DNA from: an uncultured Gemmatimonadales bacterium
Lineage (GTDB): Bacteria > Gemmatimonadota > Gemmatimonadetes > Gemmatimonadales > GWC2-71-9
DNA length: 64,000 nt
Direction: 5' to 3'
NCBI GenBank assembly: GCA_963773095.1
Contig: CAVYZY010000002.1
Location: 267,649 to 331,648, forward strand
Part shown: positions 9,060 to 20,457 of the stretch, piece after piece
How the letters are laid out: each line of letters starts with the position of its first letter
Numbering within the stretch: the first letter of the stretch is position 1
The notes under the pieces: generated by a model
Told to the model about the DNA's origin: nothing
What the model saw: the letters and a program-made list of their open reading frames with translations, nothing else
Database searches by the model: none
Position numbers and translations under genes: made by a program

Positions 9060-9290
9060 TCAGACGGCGGCGGTGCCGCCACGGAGCATGATGATGACCG
9101 CGACGACGAAGCCCAGGATCACCATCGTCTCGGGAATCGCGATCATGATAATGACGGTTGTGCTCAATTCCGGTTTTTCAGCGAGACTCGCCGCGGCAGC
9201 CGGGCCGATGCGCGACTGCGCCCACGCCGTCGCCAGAGCGGGGACGCCGATGGCGAGGGCGGCACTCAGCGCGATCCAGACGATTTCCAT
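9060..9290 (-). CDS. atpK: A/V-type ATP synthase proteolipid subunit K (c), single-hairpin form
   Basis: 76 aa from ATG 9290, with an AGGAG-type RBS upstream on the minus strand. Two hydrophobic helices: helix 1 is ...ATAWAQSRIG, and helix 2 is ...IAIPETMVILGF with the carboxylate E54. The ORF-track start 9506 is an extension into atpI. Confidence 0.85.
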   Translation of the reverse strand: MEIVWIALSAALAIGVPALATAWAQSRIGPAAAASLAEKPELSTTVIIMIAIPETMVILGFVVAVIIMLRGGTAAV

Positions 9291-9306
9291 GGTCTCACTC
9301 CTGTGG

Positions 9307-11196
9307 TTAGGCAGTCGTATCCGACTTCGGGGTCCAGTGACCGAGCGGGTGATAGCGCACGCCGCCCGGGCTGTAGAAGGCCCCGAAGAACTCCACGTAG
9401 TGCAGGCGGAGGGCGTGAATCGTCGGGGTGAAGAGGCTGAGGCCGAAATTGACGAGATGGAACAACAGCGCGAACAGCGCGCCCACGGCCACGCTGCCCA
9501 GGGCACCCACCATCTGGTTGGCGACGATGGCCAGCATGACGGACGAGGTACCGAGCGCCATGATCCTGGCGTAGCTCAGGATGTGCCCGAAGGTGGAGAA
9601 GAGCTCGATCGGCGCCACGATGCCCTCGAGGATCACGATGATCGGGAAGGTCACCAGCACGACCACGACCGCCGGGGTCAGGAAGGCGCGCGGGAGCGCG
9701 TTCAGCGCGGCGAGGATGGCGACCAGCACCACCAGGACCATCAGCGCCGACAGCCCGCGTCCGATGGCCTTCCGGGGATCGGCCGTCCGGGCACTGGAGA
9801 TGGCACCGAGCACGAGCCCGAGCACCATGTGCACGACGCCGATCGCCAGCGCGAGCATGAGGAACGAGATGATCTCCTCACCCCGGTCGAAGAGCAGGGG
9901 CTCGAGCCCGAACCAGCGGTGTCCGAGATCGCCGAAGAACTCGCCGAAGCCGATGCCGAACGCGATCGAAAAGAGGGCGCAAGCGCCCGCGATCCTGGCG
10001 ATGGCGCGCCGGGTGGAGCCGGGCTTCGACCCGCGGTGCATCGCCAGGGCGACGGCGACAAGCATGAGGCCGTAGCCGACGTCGCCAAGGATCAGTCCGA
10101 AGAACATCGGGAAGAACACGGCGACGAATGGCGTGGGGTCGATCGTGCCGTACCGTGGCAGGGGGACCATCCGGGTCACCACCTCGAATGGCCGGAAGAG
10201 CCGCGGATTGGACAGCACCACCGGGGCGTCCTCGGCCCTCCACTGCTCCCGTCCGAGATGCTCGACCACGATGTCGGCACCAAGGCCGGCCGCCAGCGCC
10301 TGGCGGAGCCGCGGCTCCGCCGCTTCCGGCGCCCAGCCCTCGATGACGAACGCATGCTCAGTGACGCCGGACTGGGCGAGGGTGTCATACCGGGCGAGGA
10401 GATCGTGAATCGCGGCCCTCGTGCCGGCCAGCGCCGCGCCATGGGCACGAGCCAGTTGCTCCAGGCTGGAGCGCGCGCCGGCGAGGTCACCGGGCAACTG
10501 CTCGCTGCGCGCGAGCATCCGGGGAATGGCGTCGGCCAGCGTGCTGCCGTACCCGTGCGGCACCGGGATCTCCTGCACTCGCGTCTCCGCCAGCAGGTGG
10601 TCGATCCTTTCGCTCGCCGAGCGTGGCACCAGCAACAGCGCGGCAAGCTCGCCGCTCGCCAGCGCCTGCGAGTAGAACTGGAAGGCGTCGCCCAGGATCT
10701 GCCCCAGGGCCTTCCGAAGGGCGGGGAGCGCATCGGCCTGTTCCCGGCGAAGCACAACGTGGTAGGCGATCAGGTCGGGCATGTTGCCGCGGGCCGCCTC
10801 GAGCGCCCGGAACGCGGCAAAGAACGGGCGGTATCGTTCGATCAGCGCGCGCTCTTCCTCGAGCCTGGCGAGGCGTTCCGTCAGGCCCTGTGCCTCCCGG
10901 CGCACGCGATGTGCAAGGCAGGCCTGGACGGCGAGGTTGCGAACCGAGCTGTCGGTGGGCATGCCCTTCTGGACAGTGCATCCGATCCCTTCAAGCGCCG
11001 CATCCACATCCTGGAGCACGCACCCGAGCTGACGCTGGCGCCGGGTCTCGGCCGGCGAGAGCGGCGCGCGACGGACCGCGGACTCATCGGCGGGGGGCGC
11101 GAAATGGAGCAGACCGGTGTCCTGCACCGTTTCGATGACCGCCGGCAGGCGAGCGCGTGGACCGAGAATCCGCAGCTTGACCATCGGGACGATCAT
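9307..11196 (-). CDS. atpI: A/V-type ATP synthase subunit I (a-subunit, stator/proton path)
   Basis: 629 aa. Soluble N-terminal half and a multi-TM C-terminal half containing the conserved Arg segment HILSYARIMALGTSS. Confidence 0.88.
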   Translation of the reverse strand: MIVPMVKLRILGPRARLPAVIETVQDTGLLHFAPPADESAVRRAPLSPAETRRQRQLGCVLQDVDAALEGIGCTVQKGMPTDSSVRNLAVQACLAHRVRREAQGLTERLARLEEERALIERYRPFFAAFRALEAARGNMPDLIAYHVVLRREQADALPALRKALGQILGDAFQFYSQALASGELAALLLVPRSASERIDHLLAETRVQEIPVPHGYGSTLADAIPRMLARSEQLPGDLAGARSSLEQLARAHGAALAGTRAAIHDLLARYDTLAQSGVTEHAFVIEGWAPEAAEPRLRQALAAGLGADIVVEHLGREQWRAEDAPVVLSNPRLFRPFEVVTRMVPLPRYGTIDPTPFVAVFFPMFFGLILGDVGYGLMLVAVALAMHRGSKPGSTRRAIARIAGACALFSIAFGIGFGEFFGDLGHRWFGLEPLLFDRGEEIISFLMLALAIGVVHMVLGLVLGAISSARTADPRKAIGRGLSALMVLVVLVAILAALNALPRAFLTPAVVVVLVTFPIIVILEGIVAPIELFSTFGHILSYARIMALGTSSVMLAIVANQMVGALGSVAVGALFALLFHLVNFGLSLFTPTIHALRLHYVEFFGAFYSPGGVRYHPLGHWTPKSDTTA

Positions 11197-11591
11197 GAAT
11201 CCCGTTCCTCCGATGCGGCCGCGAGGACGCGGTCCGCTACGAACTCCGCGAGCGCATGAACCGATGCGTCATCGAGCGCGCGGAACCGACGCGCTACGTC
11301 TCCGGCGGCCTGCCCGATCGACTCGATCCGGGCCCGGCGCGCCGATTCCTGCGTGGCCTCCAGCGTCTTCAGTTCCGCCCCGAGCAGCGCCGCAGACTCC
11401 ACCTCGGCGGCAACCTTCTGGGCCAGTGCCTCGGCCCGGATGCGCTCCGTCTCGCGCTCGATCGCCGTCGATCGTTCGGCGAGCCGCGCCTCGAGGCGCA
11501 GGAGCTCGGCCAGTTCGCCCTGTGGGGCGACGCCCTCTGTGGGTGGAGCGCGCTTCGGTGCCGACATGGTCGGAGTATCCGCTGTGAGCAC
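11193..11591 (-). CDS. A/V-type ATP synthase small stalk subunit (G/H-like), first gene of operon
   Basis: About 125-132 aa, Ala/Glu/Arg-rich and coiled-coil-like (ELLRLEARLAERSTAIERETERIRAEALAQKVAAE). Its stop overlaps the atpI start. Start is either GTG 11591 or ATG 11567. Assignment rests on position and composition. Confidence 0.6.
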   Translation of the reverse strand: MLTADTPTMSAPKRAPPTEGVAPQGELAELLRLEARLAERSTAIERETERIRAEALAQKVAAEVESAALLGAELKTLEATQESARRARIESIGQAAGDVARRFRALDDASVHALAEFVADRVLAAASEERDS

Positions 11592-11700
11592 GAAAGTGCG
11601 TATGAAGGGGTCTTGAGCCTTTCTTCAATTTGAATCCCGAATGCTAACTCGCTACGTTTCCCCACCTTACCAACCACCTCACAACCTCCCCAGAGGCCGC

Positions 11701-12630
11701 ATGCTCCAGAAAGTCGCGGTGGTCGGCGCCGGCAACGTAGGCGCCACGGCGGCGCAGCGGCTCGCCGAAAAGAACCTGGCCCGCACAGTCGTACTGATCG
11801 ACGTGATCGAGGGCGTACCCCAAGGCAAGGCGCTGGACCAGCACCAGTCCGGGCCGATCGAGGGCTTCGACACGCGCGTCATCGGCAGCAACGGCTACGA
11901 CGAGGCGTCAGGCGCCGAGGTCTTCGTGGTAACGGCCGGTATCGCCCGGAAGCCGGGGATGAGCCGTGACGACCTGGTCAAGACCAACGCGGGCATCGTC
12001 AAGTCGGTGGGTGAGCAGATCAAGCGGGTGGCGCCCAAGGCCATCGTGGTGGTGGTGTCGAACCCGCTCGATGTCATGTGCTATGTCGCGATGCGCGCCA
12101 CCGGGTTTCCGCGCGAGCGGGTGATCGGCATGGCGGGCGTGCTCGACACGGCACGGTACCGGACGTTCCTGGCCGAGGCGATCGGCGTGTCGGTGGAGGA
12201 CATCCAGGCGATGGTGCTGGGCGGCCACGGGGACACGATGGTCCCGCTGCCGTCCTACACGACGGTGTCCGGCATTCCCGTCACGCAGCTGATCAGCCAG
12301 GCCAAGCTCGACGCCATCGTGGACCGGGCCCGCAACGGCGGCGCCGAGATCGTGAGCTTCCTCAAGACGGGGTCGGCGTACTACGCGCCGAGCGCGGCGG
12401 CGGTGCAGATGGTGGAAGCGATCGCGCTCGACAAGAAGCGGATCCTGCCGTGCTCCGCGTGGCTCACCGGCGAATTCGGGCTGCGCGACGTGTTCTGTGG
12501 CGTGCCGGTGAAGCTCGGTCGCGCGGGGCTGGAGCAGATCGTGGAGATCGCGCTCTCGGACGGGGAGCGCGCGGCGCTCGCGGCGTCGGCCGAGGCGGTG
12601 CGGAGCACGATGACCACGCTCGAGGCCTGA
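11701..12630 (+). CDS. mdh: Malate dehydrogenase (LDH-like type)
   Basis: [22 protein letters not shown] Rossmann motif, plus [16 protein letters not shown] and [13 protein letters not shown] 11701 matches the family N-terminus; ORF-track start 11641 is an extension. Confidence 0.92.
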   Translation: MLQKVAVVGAGNVGATAAQRLAEKNLARTVVLIDVIEGVPQGKALDQHQSGPIEGFDTRVIGSNGYDEASGAEVFVVTAGIARKPGMSRDDLVKTNAGIVKSVGEQIKRVAPKAIVVVVSNPLDVMCYVAMRATGFPRERVIGMAGVLDTARYRTFLAEAIGVSVEDIQAMVLGGHGDTMVPLPSYTTVSGIPVTQLISQAKLDAIVDRARNGGAEIVSFLKTGSAYYAPSAAAVQMVEAIALDKKRILPCSAWLTGEFGLRDVFCGVPVKLGRAGLEQIVEIALSDGERAALAASAEAVRSTMTTLEA

Positions 12631-12634
12631 GCCC

Positions 12635-13294
12635 ATGAGCCGGCTCGCCGCCTTCTGGGATTCGTCGGTCGGCAAGAAGTCCGTCATGGCGGTCACCGGC
12701 ATTATCGGGGTGCTGTTCGTGATCGGCCACATGGTGGGTAACCTGCAGGTGTTCCGGGGCGCGGAACGACTCAATGCCTACGGGCACCTGCTGCACGGCC
12801 CGCTCAACGAGCTGATCTGGGGCGCGCGCGTGGTGCTGCTGGCAGCGCTCGTGCTGCACGTGGTGGCGGCGTGGCAACTCACGCTCCGCAACCGGGCGGC
12901 GCGCCCGGTGGAGTACGCCGCCCGCACGCCGCAGGTGTCGACGCTGGCCTCACGCACGCTGCGGTGGGGCGGTGTCCTCCTGCTCGCCTTCATCGTCTAC
13001 CACCTCCTCGACCTCACCATCGGCACGGTGAATCCCGCCTTCCAGGAGGGGGATGTCTACGCCAACCTGCTCGGGTCGCTGCAACGCCCGCTGGTCGCGG
13101 TGTTCTACCTCGTGGCGATGGCCGCCCTGGCTCTTCACCTGTATCACGGCGCCTGGAGCAGCGTGCGGTCGCTGGGCGTGGCGCAGCCGTCGGCGTCACC
13201 GCTTAAGCGGCGGGCGGCCGTCGTCATAGCCGTGATCATCGCCGTGGGGTTTGCCGTGGTTCCTCTCGCCGTCCTGCTGGGAATAGTGCGATGA
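12635..13294 (+). CDS. sdhC: Succinate dehydrogenase/fumarate reductase cytochrome b subunit, b558 (single large anchor) type
   Basis: 219 aa with about 5 predicted TM helices carrying conserved His residues ([30 protein letters not shown]). Lies directly upstream of sdhA/sdhB, and no sdhD is present. Confidence 0.8.
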   Translation: MSRLAAFWDSSVGKKSVMAVTGIIGVLFVIGHMVGNLQVFRGAERLNAYGHLLHGPLNELIWGARVVLLAALVLHVVAAWQLTLRNRAARPVEYAARTPQVSTLASRTLRWGGVLLLAFIVYHLLDLTIGTVNPAFQEGDVYANLLGSLQRPLVAVFYLVAMAALALHLYHGAWSSVRSLGVAQPSASPLKRRAAVVIAVIIAVGFAVVPLAVLLGIVR

Positions 13295-13307
13295 CTGGAG
13301 TGCCTGC

Positions 13308-15217
<1,910 letters not shown>

Positions 15218-15221
<4 letters not shown>

Positions 15222-16006
15222 GCCACGATACGATGCAGATCACGCTCCGCGTCTGGCGGCAGGGCGGACCGACGGCGCCTGGTTCGCTGGTCTCGTACGA
15301 CGTGCCCGGCGTGAGCCCGGAGATGGCGTTCCTCGAGATGCTCGACGTCCTGAACGAACGGCTGATCGCACGGGGCGAACTGCCCATCGCGTTCGATCAC
15401 GACTGCCGCGAGGGGATCTGCGGCATGTGCGGCCTCATGATCAACGGCGTGGCGCACGGACCGGCGAAGGCGACCACCACGTGCCAGCTGCACATGCGCA
15501 GCTTCAGGAATGGCGACGTGATCACGGTGGAGCCGTGGCGCGCGGCGGCGTTCCCGGTGCTGGCCGACCTGGTGGTGGACCGGCGTGCGCTCGACCGGAT
15601 CATCGCGTCGGGCGGGTTCATCTCGGCCCCCACCGGCGGTGCGCCGGACGGTAACGCGATCCCGGTGCCCAAGCTGGCGGCCGACGGCGCCATGGACGCT
15701 GCCGCGTGCATCGGCTGCGGCGCGTGCGTCGCGGCCTGCCCCAACGGGTCGGCGTCGCTGTTCACCGCGGCCAAGATCTCGCACCTTGGGCTGCTGCCGC
15801 AGGGCCAGGCGGAGCGCTACCGCCGCGCGCTCTCGATGGTGCGGCAGATGGACCTCGAGCACTTCGGCAGCTGCACGCTCTTCGGCGAGTGCCAGGAGGC
15901 ATGCCCAAAGGAGATCAGCATCGACAGCATCACGCGCATGAACGGCGACTTCCTGCGAGCGGCTGCCCAGCCGCCGGTCCGGGAGGCCGCCATCGGCAGC
16001 ATCTGA
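15218..16006 (+). CDS. sdhB: Succinate dehydrogenase/fumarate reductase iron-sulfur subunit
   Basis: Three Cys clusters: [22 protein letters not shown] and [15 protein letters not shown] 15218 overlaps the sdhA stop (ATGA). Confidence 0.92.
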
Positions 16007-16076
16007 TCCGTGGCGCGCGGGCGCGCGCCGTGTGCAACCCGCCACTTCGTTCGTCTCCCTTGGCGGAATCCACGAA

Positions 16077-17342
16077 ATGTCCTTCACTCGGAGCGCCTGT
16101 GCGCTCGCCGTCGGTCTGGCCACCGGGGCCGTGCCGGCGGTCGCGCAACGCCTCCGGGGGCACGCCATGGGGCAGGCGCTCCCCTCGGTGATTACTGCAG
16201 CCGCGGTGCCGGGCGGCGGGTCATTGACCGAGGTCACCGTGCTCCAGCCACTCCTCATGGGTGAGCTGGCATACGGCAGAGCGCTTCGCGGGCGCATGAC
16301 CCTCGACTTCGAGGGCGTCACGATGCCGGCGGGCGAATTGGCACTCGGCGGATGGGGCGAGGGATTCGTGGACCGGCGCCATCCGCATACGTATCTCCAC
16401 GAGGCGATGGTGTGGGGTGCGGCCCCGGTTGGCAGCGTGGCGAGTGCGGGCATCGCGGGCGGGCTCGCCGCGGGGAAGGGAATCGTACCGTTCGGAACGG
16501 ATGACCCGATGTCCCGTCCGTTCGTGCGTTTCCCGGTGAACCATCACCTCGCGCAGATCGTCGAGCGTGCCGAAATTGCCACGGGATGGCGGCTCGGCCC
16601 GGTGGGCCTCGAGGGCGCCGTCTTCAACGGCGACGAGCCGGAGAATCCGGGCCAGTGGCCGAACATGGACCGGTTCGCGGATTCCTGGGCCGCGCGGGTA
16701 ACGCTCTGGCCGCTTCGTGGCCTCGAGCTACAGGGCTCCTTCGCCTCCGTGAACTCACCGGAGCACCGCCCGGGTGCCGGGCTCGACCAGGCGAAGTGGA
16801 GCGCCTCGGCGCGCATGCAGCGGGTGGTGGGGCGCACCGGGATCTACGGGCTGGTGGAGTGGGCCCGCACCGAGGAGGGCGACAACGCGTTGGTGTTCGC
16901 GTTGGTGTTCGCGTCGGTGCTGGCGGAGGGATCGGTCGTCGCAGGCCGCCACCGTATCGGATACCGGGTCGAGCGCACTGGCCGGCCGGAAGAGGAGCGG
17001 TACTTCGACAACCTGTACCGCTCGCCACGGCCGCTGCTGGACAACAGCATCGTGGGACAGACGCGATGGACCCTGCACACGCTCAACTACGCGCTGCAAC
17101 TTTCGCTGGCGCACGGCAAGTTCGGTGTGCAGCCATTCTTGGAGGTCACATTCGGGCAGGTGAGCGACGTCGGCACCGGACTCTTCCAGGCCGCGGCGCT
17201 GTACGGCACCAACGACATGCGCGGCCTGACGGTGGGAATGCGGCTCGATTTCGGCGGCGCCATGGGACGGATGGGACGCTATGGGGTGGTGGCAGTACCC
17301 GACGAACAGGTGATGGGAACAACGAGTAGACATCTACACTAG
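16077..17342 (+). CDS. Hypothetical exported protein, outer-membrane beta-barrel candidate with His-rich motifs
   Basis: Signal-peptide-like N-terminus from ATG 16077 (MSFTRSACALAVGLATGAVPAVAQ). Alternating hydrophobic patterns and Gly/aromatic-rich strands. His motifs FVDRRHPHTYLHE and FPVNHHLAQ. No family recognised with certainty. Confidence 0.55.
   Translation: MSFTRSACALAVGLATGAVPAVAQRLRGHAMGQALPSVITAAAVPGGGSLTEVTVLQPLLMGELAYGRALRGRMTLDFEGVTMPAGELALGGWGEGFVDRRHPHTYLHEAMVWGAAPVGSVASAGIAGGLAAGKGIVPFGTDDPMSRPFVRFPVNHHLAQIVERAEIATGWRLGPVGLEGAVFNGDEPENPGQWPNMDRFADSWAARVTLWPLRGLELQGSFASVNSPEHRPGAGLDQAKWSASARMQRVVGRTGIYGLVEWARTEEGDNALVFALVFASVLAEGSVVAGRHRIGYRVERTGRPEEERYFDNLYRSPRPLLDNSIVGQTRWTLHTLNYALQLSLAHGKFGVQPFLEVTFGQVSDVGTGLFQAAALYGTNDMRGLTVGMRLDFGGAMGRMGRYGVVAVPDEQVMGTTSRHLH
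16887..16922 (+). repeat. In-frame 12-bp tandem repeat (2 perfect + 1 degenerate copy) inside the barrel-candidate gene
   Basis: GCGTTGGTGTTC at 16887-16898 and again at 16899-16910, then GCGTCGGTGCTG (9/12 match). Encodes ALVF-ALVF-ASVL. Confidence 0.9.
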
Positions 17343-17354
17343 GAGGATGACGCC

Positions 17355-17807
17355 ATGAGAATGGCACTGGTGAAGTTGGCGCTGGCCACCGGAGTCGGGC
17401 TCGTGACCCTCGCTGCGTGTGGCTCGGCAAACGACGGCTACGACCCCAGCGTACCGACGGCAGTCGAGTACTTGGCGGGCTCGGGCCAGTCCGGCGAAGT
17501 GATGCAGCTTCTCCCTGAACTGCTGACGGTGAAGACCACCAACATCAAGGGGGATCCCGTCGGCGGCGTCACGGTCCAGTGGTACGTGCAGAGCGGCGGC
17601 GGAAACACCAGCACCGGCACGTCCGTCACCGACGTCAACGGCGTGGCGCAGGTCAGCTGGGTCCTCGGCCCGAGCGTGGGGACGCAGGTAGTGCAGGCTG
17701 TTTCTGGTTCGTTGACGGGATCTCCCGTCAATTTCGGCGCGACGGCCAATCCGGGCAGCGACGGCGGCGGCGGCGGCGGTGCCACGCCGCTGATGGGCAT
17801 TCCGTGA
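17355..17807 (+). CDS. Lipoprotein with a bacterial Ig-like (invasin/intimin Big_1-type) domain
   Basis: AGGAGG RBS at 17341-17346. Lipobox VTLAAC|G. Ig-like pattern TVKTTNIKGDPVGGVTVQWYVQSGGG...TDVNGVAQVSWVLGPSVGTQVVQA. C-terminal poly-Gly tail. Confidence 0.7.
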   Translation: MRMALVKLALATGVGLVTLAACGSANDGYDPSVPTAVEYLAGSGQSGEVMQLLPELLTVKTTNIKGDPVGGVTVQWYVQSGGGNTSTGTSVTDVNGVAQVSWVLGPSVGTQVVQAVSGSLTGSPVNFGATANPGSDGGGGGGATPLMGIP

Positions 17808-19312
17808 CGACTCGCCTCCGCCGCTGGATGCTCCTTGCAGCAGTGGTTACGGGAGCGGCCTGCGGCGGAGGTGATCCGGGTGGGGGCGGGCCGGTGGTGC
17901 GGCCGCCGGCGGAGGGTTTCGCGGCGGTCGGCGGGAGCAGGCAGCGGGCGATAGCGGGCACCACGCTTCCGGTGCCGTATACCGTCCGCGTCACCAACGA
18001 GGCGGGGCAGCCGGTCGGCGGTGCCACTGTGCGCTGGACGCGGGTCGCGGGCACCGGCGCCCTCTCAGCCGCATCGAGCACCAGCGATGCGCAGGGTCTA
18101 GCATCGGTGGTCCATACGCTCGGCCCAGCGCCCGGCGTGCAGGCTGTCTCGGCGGCAATTGAGGGAGACGCGGTGGCGACCCCGGTGGTCTTCAGCACGA
18201 CTGCGGTGGCCGCCGCGCCGGCCGTCCGCGTAGCCGAAGTGCCCATCCCCGCCTACTACGGCATCCACGATACCTTCGTGCGTGACGGACTGGCGTTCGT
18301 CAGCGCGTGGGATACCGGCCTCATCATCTACGACGTCGGCCACGGCATCCGGGGCGGCAGCCCGAGTGCCCCCGCGGAGGTATCCCGTATCGTTCCGCCG
18401 GCTCCTGGCCCGGAAAGCCGCATTGCCGGCTCCATCCACAACTCCTGGTGGTTCCACAATCCGGTGCGCGGCGAGCAGCGGTATGTGTTCCTCGGCCAGG
18501 AAGGACCCACCATCATTGGCGGCTCGTCACTGGGGGACATCTTCGTCGTGGACGTCTCCGACCTGACTCAGCCGCGTGTGGTGGCAGCCTTCGGCATGGC
18601 GGGCGCCGGCGTGCACAACTTCTGGATGGATGAAGCCGCGGAGGTGCTGTACGCCGCGTACTACAACGGCGGCGTGGTCGCGATCGATGTCTCGGGTGTG
18701 CTGGCGGGCAATCTTGCCGCCCGGCTGATCGCCCAGGTTCGCCCGGGCGGGAGCGACAGCACGTTCACCTGGGGCGTGCAGGCTGCCAACGGGTTCGTCT
18801 ACGCCGCCGACATGCTTACGGGGTTGTGGCAGCTGGCACCCGCTGCCGGCGGTCTGGCGGTGCTGGGGGGTGGACAGAACGTGCTGGACCGCTGGACGTC
18901 GGATCTGTGGGTGAACGGCGCTTACGCGTTCACGGGGAGTTGGGGTACGCGGCCCGACGGCACCGGCAACCTCAACCCGGGAAATGCGGTCAAGATCTGG
19001 ACGCTACTCCCCTCGGGGCACCCGATGCTGACGGACTCACTGATCCTCAATGTGGGGACCGTCAGCGACGTGGAAGTCAGCGGCGACGGCCAGCGACTGC
19101 TGCTGACAGCGGAGCGGGGCGGGGCGAACGGGTTCTTCATCTACTCGCTGGCGGGTGCCGGGCATCCCAGCCTGGTGACATCAGTACCCGTTGGGCAGGG
19201 GCTCCATACCGGCACCTTCGCGACCATCGGCGGCCGGGATTTCGTGTTCGCCGCGCGGAACCCGGCACAACCTGCGCTCATGGTCTACGACGTGACCGGG
19301 GCGCTGCACTAG
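17804..19312 (+). CDS. Lipoprotein: Ig-like (Big_1-type) domain plus LVIVD-repeat-like beta-propeller
   Basis: Start is GTG 17804 (GTGA overlap with the upstream stop) or ATG 17828. Lipobox VVTGAAC|G. The Ig-like segment VRVTNEAGQPVGGATVRWTRVAGTG...DAQGLASVVHTLGPAPGVQAVSA is paralogous to the upstream gene. Repeated hydrophobic-DV(S) strands follow (LIIYDVGHG, IFVVDVSDLTQP, VVAIDVSGV, LMVYDVTGA). Confidence 0.65.
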   Translation: MTTRLRRWMLLAAVVTGAACGGGDPGGGGPVVRPPAEGFAAVGGSRQRAIAGTTLPVPYTVRVTNEAGQPVGGATVRWTRVAGTGALSAASSTSDAQGLASVVHTLGPAPGVQAVSAAIEGDAVATPVVFSTTAVAAAPAVRVAEVPIPAYYGIHDTFVRDGLAFVSAWDTGLIIYDVGHGIRGGSPSAPAEVSRIVPPAPGPESRIAGSIHNSWWFHNPVRGEQRYVFLGQEGPTIIGGSSLGDIFVVDVSDLTQPRVVAAFGMAGAGVHNFWMDEAAEVLYAAYYNGGVVAIDVSGVLAGNLAARLIAQVRPGGSDSTFTWGVQAANGFVYAADMLTGLWQLAPAAGGLAVLGGGQNVLDRWTSDLWVNGAYAFTGSWGTRPDGTGNLNPGNAVKIWTLLPSGHPMLTDSLILNVGTVSDVEVSGDGQRLLLTAERGGANGFFIYSLAGAGHPSLVTSVPVGQGLHTGTFATIGGRDFVFAARNPAQPALMVYDVTGALH

Positions 19313-19340
19313 GGACTCGATCCCGCCCGCGTCCCCCGAG

Positions 19341-19901
19341 CTACAACCGTGGCAGCGTGACTCCCCGCTGGGCCTGGTATTTCCCCTTCTTGTCCGCGTA
19401 GCTGGTTTCGCAGATATCGTCTTCATCCGCCTCGAAGAACAACACTTGGCAGATCCCTTCGTTCGCGTAAATCTTTGCGGGCAAAGGTGTTGTGTTGCTG
19501 ATCTCAAGCGTTACATGACCTTCCCATTCGGGCTCGAACGGGGTGACGTTGGTGATGATCCCGCAGCGGGCGTAGGTTGATTTCCCCACACAGATCGTGA
19601 GTACGTTCCGGGGAATGCGGAAGTACTCCACCGACCGGGCCAGCGCGAAGCTGTTGGGCGGGACGACGCAGACATCGCCGGAGAACTCGACAAAGCTCTT
19701 GTCATCGAAATTCTTGGGATCGACGATGGCAGAGAGGGCGTTGGTAAAGATCTTGAACTCTGGCGCCACCCGCATGTCATAGCCGTAGGAGGAGACCCCG
19801 TAGCTGATTGCCCCGGCCCGCACCTGGCCGTCGGTAAAGGGCTCGATCATCCCGGTTTCGCGGGCCATGCGGCGGATCCAGCGGTCGGACTTAATGGACA
19901 T
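19341..19901 (-). CDS. dcd: dCTP deaminase
   Basis: 186 aa from ATG 19901: [13 protein letters not shown]..., [37 protein letters not shown]-track start 20075 is an extension. Confidence 0.9.
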   Translation of the reverse strand: MSIKSDRWIRRMARETGMIEPFTDGQVRAGAISYGVSSYGYDMRVAPEFKIFTNALSAIVDPKNFDDKSFVEFSGDVCVVPPNSFALARSVEYFRIPRNVLTICVGKSTYARCGIITNVTPFEPEWEGHVTLEISNTTPLPAKIYANEGICQVLFFEADEDDICETSYADKKGKYQAQRGVTLPRL

Positions 19902-20091
19902 AGTCGGGGGCGATACGGGGTTCAGGGAGCTAACAACTGGATAGCGTTCGGGCCGTGCAATATAACCCCCGGCGCAGCCACCGACGCGAGCGCCCGTAGA
20001 GTGTTTGCCTGTCGGCAGTTCGGGTTGAATTGCCCGGTCCCGTGCGGTTACTTTGCAGCGCGCAAGTGAAAACATTCACGAGAGCTTCCTA

Positions 20092-20457
20092 ATGCTCAGG
20101 CCATTCGCACCGATCCTGCTGCTGATCGCGTTCGTGGTTGCCAACGCGATGCTGCTCATTGGGCTCTCGCACTTCCTGTCGTCGTCCCGTACCAACCCGG
20201 CCAAGCAGCAGCCGTACGAGTCAGGCATGCCGACGATCGGCGATGCCCGGCAGCGCTTCTCGGTGAAGTTCTACCTGGTGGCCATGTTGTTCATCATCTT
20301 CGACATCGAAACCGTCTTCCTGATTCCGTGGGCGGTGGCCTTCCGCAGCCTCCCGGAGTCGGCCGGCCTGCTGATGATCGAGATGTTCGCCTTCATGGTG
20401 GTCCTGGGCGCTGGCTACCTCTACATCTGGAAGCGCGGAGCCTTGCAATGGGATTGA
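20092..20457 (+). CDS. nuoA: NADH-quinone oxidoreductase subunit A
   Basis: 121 aa, 3 TM. YESGMP...[26 protein letters not shown] is the NuoA signature. Confidence 0.9.
   Translation: MLRPFAPILLLIAFVVANAMLLIGLSHFLSSSRTNPAKQQPYESGMPTIGDARQRFSVKFYLVAMLFIIFDIETVFLIPWAVAFRSLPESAGLLMIEMFAFMVVLGAGYLYIWKRGALQWD

Noticed and set aside
9043-11259. 738-aa plus-strand ORF
   Set aside because: Antisense to atpI and atpK. The composition is dominated by R/G/E/H/D repeats and no motifs are present. A GC-driven absence of stop codons explains it.
16013-16030. Palindrome GGCGCGC-GG-GCGCGCC after sdhB as a terminator
   Set aside because: The loop is too small for a stable hairpin as drawn and no U-tract follows. 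It may be nothing more than GC-rich self-complementarity.
17763-17780. (GGC)5-GGT trinucleotide repeat at the 3' end of the small Ig-like lipoprotein gene
   Set aside because: It encodes a simple Gly6 linker or tail. It is in frame and short, and such runs are common in GC-rich genomes. It is not distinctive enough to flag as a switch.
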